64,000 nt of DNA, taken from contig NC_092345.1 of NCBI RefSeq assembly GCF_963676685.1, positions 80,786,001 through 80,850,000 of the forward strand, in the 5' to 3' direction. The stretch's first letter is position 1. Each line of letters opens with the position of its first letter. Source of the stretch: Mytilus edulis (taxonomy: Eukaryota). The notes below the pieces were generated by a model. It was not told the DNA's origin, did not search any database, and saw only the letters and a program-made list of their open reading frames with translations. Below, one piece after another: positions 50,301 through 64,000 of the stretch. The translations under genes and the position numbers were made by a program.

Positions 50301-51892
50301 GTGTTCAGCCAATCAAATTCTGTGATTCTCATGATCAAATTAATAAGCCAATCAAAAACGTTTTCTCTGAAGATTATTCTAACATGCTAGATTTTGAACT
50401 TTGTTGTTTTCATCTTGTAAAATCCTGAATATGGCACAGCCGCAGGTGAATTTTCATCTGCAAAGAGGGTTCTTACACAGCTTAAGGATAAACGCATGGC
50501 TGATTGACAAAATTCAATGATGCAGTACTACAATAAAGATAATACTGAATAGTAGTTTTTCACTAATTTATTGACATAATACGTTATGTTTGTATTCAAT
50601 TAAATCATTTAAAGCACAATGTACTATTCTTTTTTTCACAAAGACCAACAAACAGGTTTGATGAAGTTGAAATCCAATCAACTTGAAACCGTAGTATTAC
50701 ACATGTGTTCCTTATGATATGATCTTTCTAATTTTTCTGCCAAATTAAAGATTTTACCTAATTTTCATGGTCCACTGAACATAGAAAATGATTGTACGGA
50801 TGGGAAATCTATGTACTTATGACTCATTCTTGTTTGAAGAAAAAAATACGTCATAACGATAATGGAACAAAGCAGGCTGGGTTAGTGGGGCTGCTTTTAT
50901 GGTAATTCAAGTTACCTTTTATTCACCTTCTTCCACCTCAGAGCTATCAGCTCTTTGATTTGTATATTTTGATTGATTTATTTTTTTCCATAAGAAGTAG
51001 AAGTTATTGTTAAGGGACCAAATGAAGCTGTGTTAAAGAACCATATTTGTGGCCTTGGACTGTTTTTTGCTCATTTGTCGGGCTGTTGTATCTTTGACGC
51101 ATTCTTCATTTTCATTCTAAATATTTTGTTGAACCCAAAAGTCAATATTCTCTTATAGGTGAAACAACTATGTACTGACCAAGTTAGAAAGGTAACAATT
51201 GTTCTATGATAACATTTTGTTATCCAATAGTTGAACATACCTTCCTATAATGAGCTTGCAACATGCACGATCACGAATTTAAAAATTAATGGTATCATGC
51301 AAACGAATCAGTAGAACTAGTTATTTCTGTTATTCTCAATTCTAACATAGCATTGTGAAGAACGGATGAAAGCTCACTCTTTTGAATCCCTTTTAAAGTT
51401 TTCTAAAGATTTTTTGTTTCAGAGTTGCATACTTTAACCGTCAAATTTATCATGCAATTTTTCATATCGCACAATAAATCAGCAACCATTTGATTCTAAG
51501 GGATGGGGACTTGCAATTTTAAAAATAAAAAGTTCCTGTCCCAATTTAGTTGGGAGTAAGCAATCTTGCATCAAAAGGATCGCTTCGCTCGCAACATTTC
51601 ACAAAATTATATTTAAAAGTTACAGATTATCAAGGTAAGTGCATCAGAAGCTAAAAATCTATAAAAAAACAATTTTGTTTTGTTTTTGAATTATCAATCA
51701 AATTTTTCCTTTTTGGGGCAATAACACACCTCTTTCCACTGACCTTTGATTAATCGATAATTTATGCTATGATATTTTTACATTTCAATAGAACCAAACT
51801 TCTAGACTTCGTTCTTGCTGATCAATTTGTTTTGGAATTGTATGTATATTCAACAAAATAGGTGCTTGTTTCATGAAAGTAAATTTACTGAA

Positions 51893-52030
51893 AAGTAAAA
51901 ACACAAAAATACTGAACTCCGAGGAAAATTCAAAAAGGAAAATCAAAAATCAAAAGGCAAAATCAAAAGTCCAAACACATCAAACGAATGGATAACAACT
52001 GTCATATTCCTGACTTGGTACAGGCAAAAA
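51893..52030. mobile_element. ~138-bp SINE-like insertion specific to the duplicate
   Basis: Absent at 26019 in copy 1; possible GAA TSD; related copies at ~18730-18830, ~44563-44660 and inverted at ~10690-10810 and ~29133-29235. Confidence 0.7.
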
Positions 52031-53196
52031 GAAGGGGACAAACAGTTGATTTTGAGGAGTTTTATGCCACTTTTTGGACGAGCAGAAAAAAAATATTTTG
52101 GCCCTGGTCCGATCGGAAATAAAACATGGCTGCCTTTCTGTTTTTCAGTTAGGAGTAAGTATAATCTTATCTCATCAATTAAATTTGCCACGCGCCCTCT
52201 TCAGAAGTAAATGGTTGTTCCAAATTTACGGTGCTTTAATCTTAAGATTATGGGGATTTCCCCTCATAGATCCCATTTACTATCTATATAATTTTTGCTT
52301 TGTTTGAAAAAACTTTGTTTTGTGATTTATTTGAAGAAACTTTATTTTAACTTTGAAAATTTTCTGGTTAGTCATTATAGAGTTACGGGACTATCATATT
52401 AATCAAATCTTTCCCAAGTTGTACACTTGAGTATGACTTGGTGCATTTACTTGATACTTTACAAAACTGTACAGTTTGAAGTCATGAAAGTATTTGAAAT
52501 TTTCAAGTTTTTTATTCAAGAGTTTGTTATTTTCACACACGTCCCGCCAGCTCGTGCATGGGTTTGCTAAGCTGACTTTGGCAAACTTTTGTTACACCTG
52601 TCGTTACTGCTCTCCATTGTGATAATGTTTTACTGTGTTTCGTTATTGAGATGCTGTCTCAGTTATTTTCATACCTCCCTCTCCTTTTTCAAAAAATAAC
52701 CATGCATGCAATTTGACGACCTTCTTTAATTAAAATTATTAGCCAAAAGTTTTAACAAGAAGCCTATATATACACATTACCTAATTAATAGTGATTTTAT
52801 TAAGGTATATATAGCAAGACCGAACTTGGATGTGTACTGATTGATAATCTAGTCTTAGATGCATGATTTTTTTATTAGTTGTTAGTGGCTTTGAACTAGC
52901 TGTCAGTAACTGTGAGTACTCTCAGATCTGTACGTAGTGTCTTTTTGTTGTTGGGATATACAAGTAACCGGCCTCGTCCACTCTGTGTAGTATTTCTATT
53001 TGTATCCATCTAATGACTTAAACCTTTTTCAACTGATTTTTATAGTCCGGGATCATAATAGTTAACAAGTTATCAAACAAGAGGGATGGGAATGACCCCA
53101 GGGACTTCCCTTTTATTTCATTTCATTTGTTTTATTGTCCCATACAAGACAGACAGACAGAATGAAAGACAGAATATTTTATTATATTATTAATTC

Positions 53197-54238
53197 CAGG
53201 GGCGGATTTAGGCGGGGGCGTGGCGGGCGTGCGCCCCCCCCCCCCTAAAATTTGCAAAGCATGGGTTGTCCTCAGCTCAACAAAGTATCTGAACAGACGA
53301 CGAATATCAATGTCGTCGCATTGCATCTGTTGAAAGAAGTATATAAAACATTAAGTTTAACAGAATCAACGTGATTACTAATAAACTGACCTACGGTTTA
53401 TTTATGAGTTCTATAAAATCAAAGAAAGGTGTCAATCGCGGTACTGCGTTTGGTGAAAAAATATCATAGGTTTTTAGCAGTTCAAGTAAAACAATTGTGA
53501 CATGCCGGGTAGTTGCGGATTTTATAAACAATTTCTTTGATAATTGAAGTTCAAAAACAACCCTACCTCACTTTCCCACGAAGTAGGCCAAATAAACTGG
53601 ACCCCTGTTGTGGTCACTTATCGCTACACTGACGCGAAGCTATAGATAGAACGGCGGACCAGTTTATAGGCCAAAGTGCCCTACTGGCCGTTCTCACTTT
53701 CAACCTGTAAAGTTTGCCAAAGCATGCATAAACGGTCAAGGCCCCAACCCGTACTACCGTATTACATAGGATGCCACGAAAATAAACATATATTTATATC
53801 TTCGCAACGGGACCTCATTCTGATTTTACTGGTTTGCGGTAGAAATGTATATAAAAAGTTTGACACGACCTCCGGAAATAGAAAAAAAAAGAAAAATTAA
53901 GAAAAGACAATTAAAAATCGCTGGCAAAAGTAGAAATTCTTGTTTTCAAAATCTTATATTGGTCGGTGTGCTATTATTGAGTTAATGAATAGAAGCTCGC
54001 AGATTTCTTGTTAATTATGGTGATTGCAGCATGGCAGGGGTGGATTTATGCGGGTTTAGCTTGAAACTTAAATTTCTCGCTAATTTTACCACAAAATATT
54101 TATTTCTCGCCACGTTTGGCAAGATATCTACATTGCACCTTCTCTAGAAGAATATTTAAAAAAAGTTCGATAATAATACCTCAAAAAGAAATTTAAGTTT
54201 GCGCCTCCCCCTAACCAAAAACCCTGGATCCGCCCCTG
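53197..54238. mobile_element. MITE with CAGGGGCGGAT TIRs
   Basis: aattc|CAGGGGCGGAT...ATCCGCCCCTG|aattc (5-bp TSD). Confidence 0.8.
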
Positions 54239-54647
54239 AATTCGTATATTTTAACAAATTTGATTCGTTTAGGGATAGTCACATGTTAAGCTATATTTTC
54301 GAAGGTAGAGAGAAAACGGCGGATAGCAAAACGCATATTGACCTGCAAAAAGCATATTGCACGGTTATTTTTAGAATATCTAAAAACCAATATACTTTGT
54401 GACGTCATGTAATGAATTTTAGGATATTGTTTAACGTTTTGAAACACATGATATCTGTGATCGATTATTTGACGAAAAAAATATTCAAATACATAAGATG
54501 TCAAAAAAAAAAAGTAAATGAAATAACATCTAAATATGTTGTTATTGTCAAGGAGAAAATGTCATATCTTTAAAATTCCAACAAACCTAAATGACGATTT
54601 TGATACATTTTTGTACAAATATGGTCAGAAATTAATAATATAACAAT

Positions 54648-54778
54648 TATAGCCTTTGTATGAGGTCAATACAGGATATATCGACCCAAAGAAGTATATC
54701 GACCTTGGACTTCGTCCTCAGTCAATATTCTTCTTTCAGGTCAATATATCCTTGTATCGACCTCATACAAAGGCTATA
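54648..54778. repeat. ~130-bp imperfect palindrome (foldback)
   Basis: tatagcctttgtatgaggtc...gacctcatacaaaggctata. Confidence 0.8.
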
Positions 54779-55432
54779 TTTGTATAATAGTGTCACATAC
54801 CAATACAGAACAATATCATTCATCATATTAATATTAGTATAAAAATACAAATAAAAATGTAAATCGAAGTTAAAATATCGGTATTCAGCCATGACTGACT
54901 TATGGGACACCTTTGCTTTAAAACTTATTCTAACATTCATTACAAATGAAAAAATAAAACTTTTACATTACATTAAAAAAAACAAAAAAAAAACATTTGG
55001 ATTAATTGCACTTGCTTTCAAAAATAGACCATATCGCAGATCTGAATAAAATTCACAATGCATTAAAAAATGCTTTTCGTCTTCTACACAATCAACTGTA
55101 CAATATTTACCTTTTCTGTCATTAAGAAGAGTTTTTGGCTTGGTGTAACGACCTGTCTCTATAGCTAAAGGTAGAGACCCACTTCTATAATGAGCTAAAA
55201 TACGTCTATGTTGTCTATCATTTACATTTTTGAGATATGAACTTGTTTCTAATACATTTTTATAAAGTCTATAAGTACGTAACTTGTTACCATTTGGTTC
55301 ATTTCTTGATACAAATTCAATTTTTCAACCCATTCTTGTTTTTCAACTTCATACAATTATCATACATTTTTATGTCTGTTGGAATATTGGCTATCAATGA
55401 TATCATATATCACTGTGTATCATCGCCACCGG

Positions 55433-58400
55433 AAATTGGGTACTAACGAAGCAGAGAGAAATAGAAAAAAAAGTAAACAAGTTAAGAATTCATTCAATGT
55501 AAAGCATTTCCACTCATTTGATGAGGGTGCCGCTTAAGAAATGATTTTCTGATATATAATTCTTTAAATTATTAGGCCAATAAGTACAAAATTAATACAA
55601 GATTTTGTGTCATACTCCAAAACTTGCCACTTAGTACCGGAAAATTTTGAGGTCTATCGTCCTCTGTCGCCCCATTCTCAAGATATTGAACTGTTTTTCA
55701 TTATTTTTCCAGACACGTTTTTAGATTATTATAGTGTGGCATCATATTTACTGAAATTTGTTGTCAAAAAGATGTATTTTAAAGTATATAGACCATAAAA
55801 AATAAAGTCTAGGGTACGGCAACTTGCACGTGTTGACAAATTTACTGTATGGCAACTTGTTTTCAACTGTATGGCAACTTGCTAATTTTAGAATAGTTAT
55901 TTACCGTCCTTTTAAAGAAAATAAAGTATTAAGTTCAAATAACTAAGGTTTTTTTTTTTATTTTAAACTGTTTTTGTCCTTTTCAAGGTTTAAATTTGTT
56001 TAAAACTGTTATTTGACTGATAAATTTTAAAATCTGTTAACTGTTTTCGACCCACTGTCTGTAATCTGTTTTGTTAAAATTTGCAATGTTGTTAATTGTT
56101 TATTTGAAATTGAGATTCCTGTTATCTGTTACTTAATACTTAAAGTGTTCACTGTTTTTGACATTATTTTCTCTGTTAACTGATCTTAACAGTTATTTAC
56201 AAGAATCACATTAAAATTTGCTGTCCATCTCTTTCTTTACGTTGCTTCCGCAAAGAAGTAACATAGACAGCATATATGTAACTGTACATGTCTTTAAAAA
56301 GTCTTTGAGTATAGTAAATCCTTGATAAAAGTGAGAATGGAAATGAGGAAAATGTCAAAGAAACAGAAGGCCGACCAAATAGAAGAAACAACCCAACGCA
56401 GCGAGAAAATTATGCACTAGGGTGGGGTGTCAATTCGCAGATAGGAAAGCACTTAGAATTGACACTCATAATTTTTAAACACTCTCTTTCCCTTTCTGCC
56501 TAATAAATAAGGCTTAATATTTGAGTTATGCATGTGTATATTTATGGAAAGAGAATCGTCCATAGATTTGATTTCCAATAGTAATAATGGTGAAATATAA
56601 TCTCTCTCTCTTTTTTTGTGTGACCATGGCAACAATCAGCATTTATTTGATACCAAATATTGCAAAATAGGGGGTTGAACATGTCACAAAGATCTCAAAA
56701 ATTTGGTCCAAAGGAAAATTTGAGTGATACTTTTCCTGAAACCATAGACATATATCTATCAAGAGGTAAAAAAAAATCATATGCATTTCTGCTGTTTTTC
56801 CATAAAATTGAATTGAAAAAATTGAGCCTTACATCTTTGTTGAAAAACAATACAAAATTTCTAAATCTATGGTGGTACGGATAGGAACGTATGGACGGTC
56901 AAACTGAAAAATGGCTTATAAAACATGCTAAAAACAATCTAAATGTTCATATAAACCCACTAGGAAGGCTATATTATTATTCAACTATCTAAAAATCAAT
57001 TCAATTGTACAAAAACTTTCATATTTAGAAAATTCACCATGGCTATAATGCGAAACTAAACTTATAACTGTGTATTGGTATACCTGAAGCTGTCTCCTAA
57101 GTGAGCAATCATTTAACTACAAAAAGGGGGTAGCAGTTCAATGTTTGTTTCAGTTATTTTTGGCTTCTATTTGTAATGTATCCAAAACGTGAAAAGGAAA
57201 GGCCACTTCTTATCCAGCTAAAAGCCTGGTCAGTCCTATGATGAAAATAATTCAGATGTATATGGAATGTTTATTGACCAAAAGTACCTAGACGGAATTT
57301 TCAAAAATAAAGTACCTTTTCAATTTGCAATGCGTAAAATAAATGAACAGTGTGGCCTGGTAGAAGAGGCCGAAAAATGAGGACTTGGTTCTCAAACTGA
57401 TGTCAAATTTTCTAGTCTAAGACTTCAGAAATGTAAAAATGGACCAAGGCTTTTTGTTTTATATCAGCTCAGAGTTCTTAATTGGGACTTGGAGATGAAA
57501 GAGTGCTTCAACTTGTGACACCTTACATGTTACTTTCTGATTTATACACTGGTTTGATGATTAAAACAAAATGGTAAACCTTCGTAATTCTTTTTAATAT
57601 AATCATGTAAGCAATGAGTCGTATGAATACCCTGACTGAGTGTAACCATAATTTATAAGAGCCCCCGCCATAAAAAAAAAATATAATGTTCGTGCCCTAT
57701 AGTATTCACTCATTCTATCTGTTTGTTACCCTTTCCTACATCATGACGATAACCCCAGTTTGCTACGACTGATTGACATAAAACATTTACTTAACAATAT
57801 ACATAACCAGAAGAAGCCTCCCTTTTGTTGCTTGAAGCATTTTCGATTATTCATGACATATAGTCCTTTTTCTTGGAGTCAATCACTCCGTCTGATTTTC
57901 CATCCGTTCAATTGTCTGTCCATGTGTCAATAAAAAAATATGATACTTTCGTGTGTATTCTGAAAATAAGTCAGCTTTATAAAAGATTCCTTATGGAGCT
58001 TGGCATTTCTGCGACTTTGTACAGTGGTTTTCAAATTTTTGAATACATTTAAGATAATTGTGCACTTCCCCTTTTCATTGCTTTTGGGTTCGTTTGGAAA
58101 AAGGGTAAATCAAAGTTGCTGTTAACTCTTATCAGACGTTACGCGCGATGTTCGTACCTCAATGAAAAAATTGACGTGTTCGGCAAGATACGGGTCTCAA
58201 AATTGCAATTTTGTTATTTAAAATAAATTTCTGTTGTACGCATTTTAAAATATAAGATTTTTTAAAAAAAAAACGAAAAAAATAATTGTATAAACTATGT
58301 TTTATGTTATATGCGACAAGCTTTAATTTAAAAAAACGGGATTTTTTAGGGTGTCCCGCGTAACATGTTTCGTTTATTGTAACAACTGAACCATGATTTT

Positions 58401-61400
58401 TATCTTAACCATTAAATATTTAAAAAAACGGATTTTTCCATTGTCTAACAGAAATGTTTCTTCAGTCATTTACGCAATATTTTATGATGTTATTAAATAA
58501 TTCCATAGAAAAAATGCGTTCAATACAACTAAGACATTTCTGTCCCACTGGGAATTTTTAGGGGGTTTACAGTTTTGAGAGTTACAAAAAATTAATCTAA
58601 AATTGAAAAAAAGTTAGAATTCTTATTTCTACGTCAATGTTATTTTGCTTAATTTTCTAAATTTCTAGACAAATATCCTGTAAAAAATAAAATGATGATT
58701 TAAGGGCGATTTTTCAAAGGCTTACAATGTTGTCGCACTTCCATTTTTTGGCATAAAAACGAACTTAACTCAAATTTACGGCATTTTTTTTTGCTTATCC
58801 GTGCTCTGATAAAATCGAATTTCATGATTTTTCGAAATGTTATTTTTCTCAATTTTTCCAAAAATCTAAAATACATCAATTTCCTATAAATAGTTTAAAA
58901 GCACCGTCAATTTTTCGGAGTCTTACTAGAATGTCGCACTCGCGTAAAAACGACGTTTCAGACTCAATTTTGACGTGAACGTTACAAACCATTTTTCCGA
59001 TTATTCAAAAGATTTTGAAAACGGTTAAAATATATGACTTTTTTTATATTCTACCACATGTGGTTGAATTTTGTATTGAAATATATAGTTTTGACCGAAA
59101 CCCTGGCATATTTTAACCTAAACGATACGAAGTCTCATTATTGAAGGAAGCGAATATTAAGGTTTGTAGACAAAACAAATCTTGATTCGGTTCAAAATTT
59201 TAAACCTACTCGTGGATACAAACTTCACATTAAGTTTTTACTCACAACCGGACAAGGTAATATATATTTATGTTATTCATGCGACGAATGTATAATTAAG
59301 AATTATGACATGTGTACAGTTTTACTGGTTAACCTAAAAACACAATTGCGTGGTAGCTATGAGGTCGTGCCTTTATATATTGATATTTGACCTGATGGAA
59401 AACATACCAATGAAGACGACAAAACTGACACTGAATATGCAATGACTGACAATTGCAGACATGAAAAACAGATGAAGAAAATACAAAGTACTATTTAATT
59501 TGCGCATTTGCTTGCCCTGAAACTTTAAGAAATATTGAAGATGACGATTTTGCGGGGCGTTTCTTTTACAGAAAAAAAATCATTCATGGACCGTACTTCG
59601 AAGCATATTTGAATAGATTCAAATAAAATTTTCGTTTTAATTGATTATACAAAAACCTAACAGCACGATACTACACGAAATAGTCGTTATCATGCTTTCA
59701 CAGCAGTTAGTCCAGTTAAGAGTTAATTCCCGATTTTAACCTACTCGTCCCGAAGCCGTCCGTTTGGACTCTCGTACTAGAAAAAATGGAACTTCTAGGT
59801 AGATTATGCAATAAATGTTGCTATGACAAAATATGATTTTATGATCATTACAGACATTAAAAAACATAAAGATTAGCAACAACTTATAGTTTCTAGTACA
59901 TATCCTCAGGAATGTCATTGTCTCAAAGGTAAAATAGAGATTGAAAATATATATGCGATATAAAGCAATACGTTCATTTATCAACCAAGCTCCAGATTCT
60001 TGATATCGTTTTGTTATACTGTAACGCAAATAAACAGTGAAGGAATTAAAATAATTATTTAGTTATTGCTCAATGTACACACCAATAAAAATGAATGTAT
60101 TGATCACAAACAAATAAACAAACACGCATTAATCATTTGTCAATAACATAAACGTTAGTAAAGTTTAACTTTTTTAAAAGATGAGCTTGTTTACTGAAAA
60201 AGTCGCGACGTCGTGTTACACTTGTATGTACGAACATCGCGCGCAACGTCTCAGCATTTAAAATTTGTTGTTAACTGTTTTTGCCAAAATCGAGGTGTTG
60301 TTAACATGTTAACGGACCCCTACCCCCTTCTAATTATGTATTATATTGAAATACCATTTCCTTGACAGCATTTAAGATGTATACAAATTATATATTTTCA
60401 AAAAGAAACTGACAAGAAAATTAATTCGAATGCAATTCACGATTTGTTTCTCCTTATTTTCGGTGAAAACAAAGTATTTTCTTAATTTTTCTTTTTACAA
60501 ATGAATCATTATGTGTCTGTCTGAATTCTCGATCCTGTGGTTGTCGTTGCTTCATCTCTATCTTATTTGTTGTTTTCATAAATCGTTTTGTTATGAGTTA
60601 AGCCGTTAGTTTTCTTGTTGAGTCCTTCCACATTTTTCGGTCGGTGCTTTTTATAGCCGACTATAATTAAGGTACGAGTCTTCGTTGTTGAAGGCCGTAC
60701 GATAGCATATAGTTGCTTACATACACTTTATTTGATCCTGATGGATAGTTATCTTATTTGCTATCATACCACATCTCCACTGTTTTTATCTAAAAACAGC
60801 TAGCACCAACAAAAGATGAATGGACGGTTTATTTTATTGAACTTACAAAATTTCACCCTAACAACAAATAAGACAACAGTCGTTAGTAGTATAACGATCT
60901 ATGGATGTATTTAGGATAATATGGTTGAAAAAAAAACTTTTTGTACAAAATCGAAAAGCGGTACTCAAAGAGGCCTTCTGAACTGAATTAACGGCATATA
61001 TTTAATAATATTTGATAAGAAAGACATTTTGTATATTTGTAAACCTGTAAAGCTTTGATATCAACAAAATATCGTTAACTTGATATTATCTAAACAGTGA
61101 TTAACTTCCTCTTAAAATTATAATATATTGCAAGACGCCGTACAGACAAACGTTGTTATTTTGCAATTCGCCGTACAACAAACAAACAATGTTTTTGTCC
61201 ATATTCTTTAAAAAAACATGTTTTTGACAACAAATGTCAGTAAGTATGATGCCACACTATAATAATCTAAAAACATGTCTGGAAAAATAATGAAAAACAG
61301 TTCAATATCTTGAGAATGGGGCGACAGAGGACGATAGACCTCAAAATTTTCCGGTACTAAGTGGCAAGTTTTGGAGTATGACACAAAATCTTGTATTAAT

Positions 61401-61558
61401 TTTGTACTTATCGGCCTAATAATTTAAAGAATTATATATCAGAAAATCATTTCTTAAGCGGCACCCTCATCAAATGAGTGGAAATGCTTTAAATTGAATG
61501 AATTCTTAACTTGTTTACTTTTTTTTCTATTTCTCTCCGCTTCGTTAGTACCCAATTT
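55433..61558. repeat. Pair of ~338-bp near-identical inverted repeats (55433-55770 and 61221-61558)
   Basis: Direct reverse-complement match with a few substitutions. Confidence 0.85.
58134..60251. mobile_element. ~2.1-kb non-autonomous DNA transposon with ~24-bp TIRs
   Basis: agacgttacgcgcgatgttcgtac...gtacgaacatcgcgcgcaacgtct; no intact ORF. Confidence 0.6.
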
Positions 61559-63485
61559 AGTGGGAGATATTATGGACATAATTGTGCAAATCATGATACA
61601 AGCATGAAATTTGGTATATAGTATGACTAAATGGTGATTAAAAAAAATCAGCTGCTGGCCATTAAAAATTTTCATTTTTTCAAAATGGCCACCGCTCATT
61701 TGGAAATGGCGTCATATCCAATTGGCTACATTTCGTAAATCCTTTTAAAATTGTTTTATAGGTATAATCCGATGTAAGTTTGACAAAACTTCAATTAAAG
61801 TTCCTAAAGTACGAAAAAACAATACATAAATAAAGAAAAAAAGTTACTTCCGGTTCCAAAATAGCGGCAACAACGTGGAAAATGTCAATTTCATCATTTC
61901 TATCAACGGTCTTTGTTCTGTTCAGATGCATATATACCGGTTGCCTATCTTATAATTATCTGAAAGTTACCAATACACACACCTGTACAAGGAAGACCAG
62001 AACGGTAGCATTTACAGTTACCCACACAGCTTGATTGCTGGCATTCGGATTTCAACAATCCTGACACGTGAATGCAACGGCAGCCAAAGAAATCTTTGGT
62101 TTCCAACTGTCATTGTTTTATTTTCTTTTATCCAACTCGAGTGTACATGGACCTGACGAATGCATAAATCTGGATGAGCCCAAACATGTCCACCTTGATA
62201 TGCTTCTTTTTTAATGGTAGGCAGAATAGCATCATAAAGCCGAAGCTTCCTTGTAAACGGTTAAAATCGTGCCTCCTTGACAGCAAATGTTAATGTTGCC
62301 ATACATGATGCGAACAATTGCTTCTATGTTATCAATGTCGGTGTCTGTGTTTTGATACAAAAGCGGGATAAAAAGTCCGTTACATCTGGGAATACTTTCC
62401 ATGTGTGCCAAGCTGCCCTCTTCACTTTACCATAAAATGCCGACACAGCGTCACATCCATTAAATGCATGGCAGAAAAGAGAAACAACTACACGAGGACC
62501 AAATGAATTTGCTATGACATGTATAGGAAGCCATAGCAAGCCTTCATTCCTTCAAAAACCTATTCACAATTTGTCCATACCCTATCTTGCGAGTGCTGAA
62601 ATTTCTGATACTACTACATCTGTGTCAGTACTACTAAAACTTACTTTTCACAATCATTTTCAGCAGCATGCTTATCATGGATAATCATTCGTGTTTGTGG
62701 TTCTTCAGGGTTACATGGGTATAGCTGGGAAGTATACGTGTTGAAATTGAAAAGAATATTTTCACCTTGAGTAACATAAGCAATTTTATAAATCACTAAA
62801 CAAGCAATTATGTCGGCAAGAAACTTGAACAAATCCGTTTTGTTGTCATCGCCACAGACACAACAACTCCGATCCCTTGGCTTTTTACCAGAACCAACAA
62901 CTTTCCGTCTAACTTGCCCTTTTTTTCTCGTTCCAGTCTCTAAATCATTCACCTAAGAAGCATCAAATACAATGTCTACTCTTGGATACTTATCGTTGCA
63001 AGATTTTAGGCTAAAAGGCATAATCATCAAATATTTTGCCCCACGTGGCGGCCTGGAATAAACATTGCTGCTCCACAAACGATAAATGCGTTAGCATTTT
63101 GATCAGTTGATGGGAAATCGCAAAATGTCTCAAGTATACCCACTTGCTGCGATTTAATACCACTGGTTAAAGTGACATTCTGAGACAAAGACGTTTTGGT
63201 TTTCATGGCTAAAGAAATCTGCAAAGTCAAACTGTCTACTTTGAGAAGAAATTAAAGTAAAGAGAAGAGATCGCAATCACTTTTCAGGTTCTCCAGCTTT
63301 GTTTTTGACAAAGAAGTTTCCAGTTTCATTTTACGCCTTTTATAGGGAATTGTTCTTTTTTATCTGGTTATAAAAAGCAGATTCTCTTTCGTTTTGCATT
63401 TGCTTCAAAAGATCTTCGTATTGTTTGGACCCAATATCTTTGAGTTTATATACATATCTTACCTGCTTCCGAATCAATAACTTCC
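61558..63485 (-). mobile_element. Decayed Academ-like DNA transposon (transposase pseudogene)
   Basis: Fragmented frames: CNPEEPQTRMIIH (cf. HEEADTR), STDTDVVV, HAFNGCDAVSAFYGK (XPG/FEN1 H3TH-like), AYQGGHVW, Cys cluster CQQSSCVGNCKCYRSGLPCTGVC; TAGTGGG terminus at 61558. Confidence 0.65.
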
Positions 63486-64000
63486 TTAAAGGGAAACTTC
63501 GCAAAAAAATCAAAAATTGATATTATGTCCATTCTGTATAAAAATGCTCAAATTTATAGATATTAAAGTTTTATTCCGCTAAATAAGAGATCACCATCGA
63601 TTTTAAATTTTGAGTATCAGTTCTCTACTCTCCGCCATCTTGTCACCTTCTCCGATGAAAAATCCCGATATGTCAATAAACCACAAAGGAACAAAACTAC
63701 AGTAAACGATGTAGTCGTAATTGCGTGTCGATATCTTGTCAATCGTACGGTTGTTTTATCTGACTGACTAACTTGATACGGAAAATGGTCTTATATTTTT
63801 AAATGACCATATAGTCTGTTATTTTTAAACTGAAAATATTGTAATTAGTTAAAAAGTCAAAGTTCAAATCATAAAATGATAAATAAGTGTTCCGTGGAAA
63901 TTGTTTTCGAAAATCTAATTCGTTCATAATTCTTTCAAGTAATAAACTTTATTTAAATAAATTCGGATCTTCCCTTATCTGATCACCAGCATGGCTAAAG

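Larger units (their letters stand above)
27085..52460 (+). repeat. Tandem segmental duplicate of ~9400-26448
   Basis: Colinear near-identity to copy 1, starting in the intron-1 minisatellite and ending at ...catttacttgatacttt (26448 in copy 1, 52460 in copy 2). Confidence 0.92.

Noticed and set aside
63486-64000. Kolobok-like element starting ttaa|AGGGAAACTTCGC
   Set aside because: The second terminus is not within the window, so TIR and TSD cannot be verified.

Overview
AT-rich, intron-containing animal genomic DNA. The repeat repertoire suggests a bivalve such as Mytilus, but that is an inference. (1) A complete 10-coding-exon RhoBTB/RacA-type gene on + (8587-22258, 589 aa by my splice model): Rac-like GTPase, Pro-rich linker, two BTB domains and a C-terminal CAAX (CRIM). 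(2) A tandem partial duplicate of it (~27085-52460) that lacks exon 1 and has a GGA>TGA stop in exon 4. (3) Inside intron 6 of the duplicate, a very young, intact, minus-strand Ty3/Gypsy LTR retrotransposon (35630-44354) with a 4-bp TSD (CGTC), tRNA-Leu PBS, PPT and a -1 frameshift signal. This element is the main candidate for an undescribed system. In the env position it carries an intact third ORF encoding two C2H2 zinc fingers fused to a TatD-family nuclease, preceded by a splice acceptor. Its Gag begins with a ComEA-like helix-hairpin-helix DNA-binding domain. The rest of the window is MITEs, SINE-like and Penelope-like fragments, two 42-bp minisatellites (one apparently derived from an exon/splice-donor junction) and a decayed Academ-like transposase. 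All domain calls come from motif recognition by eye; no searches were run.
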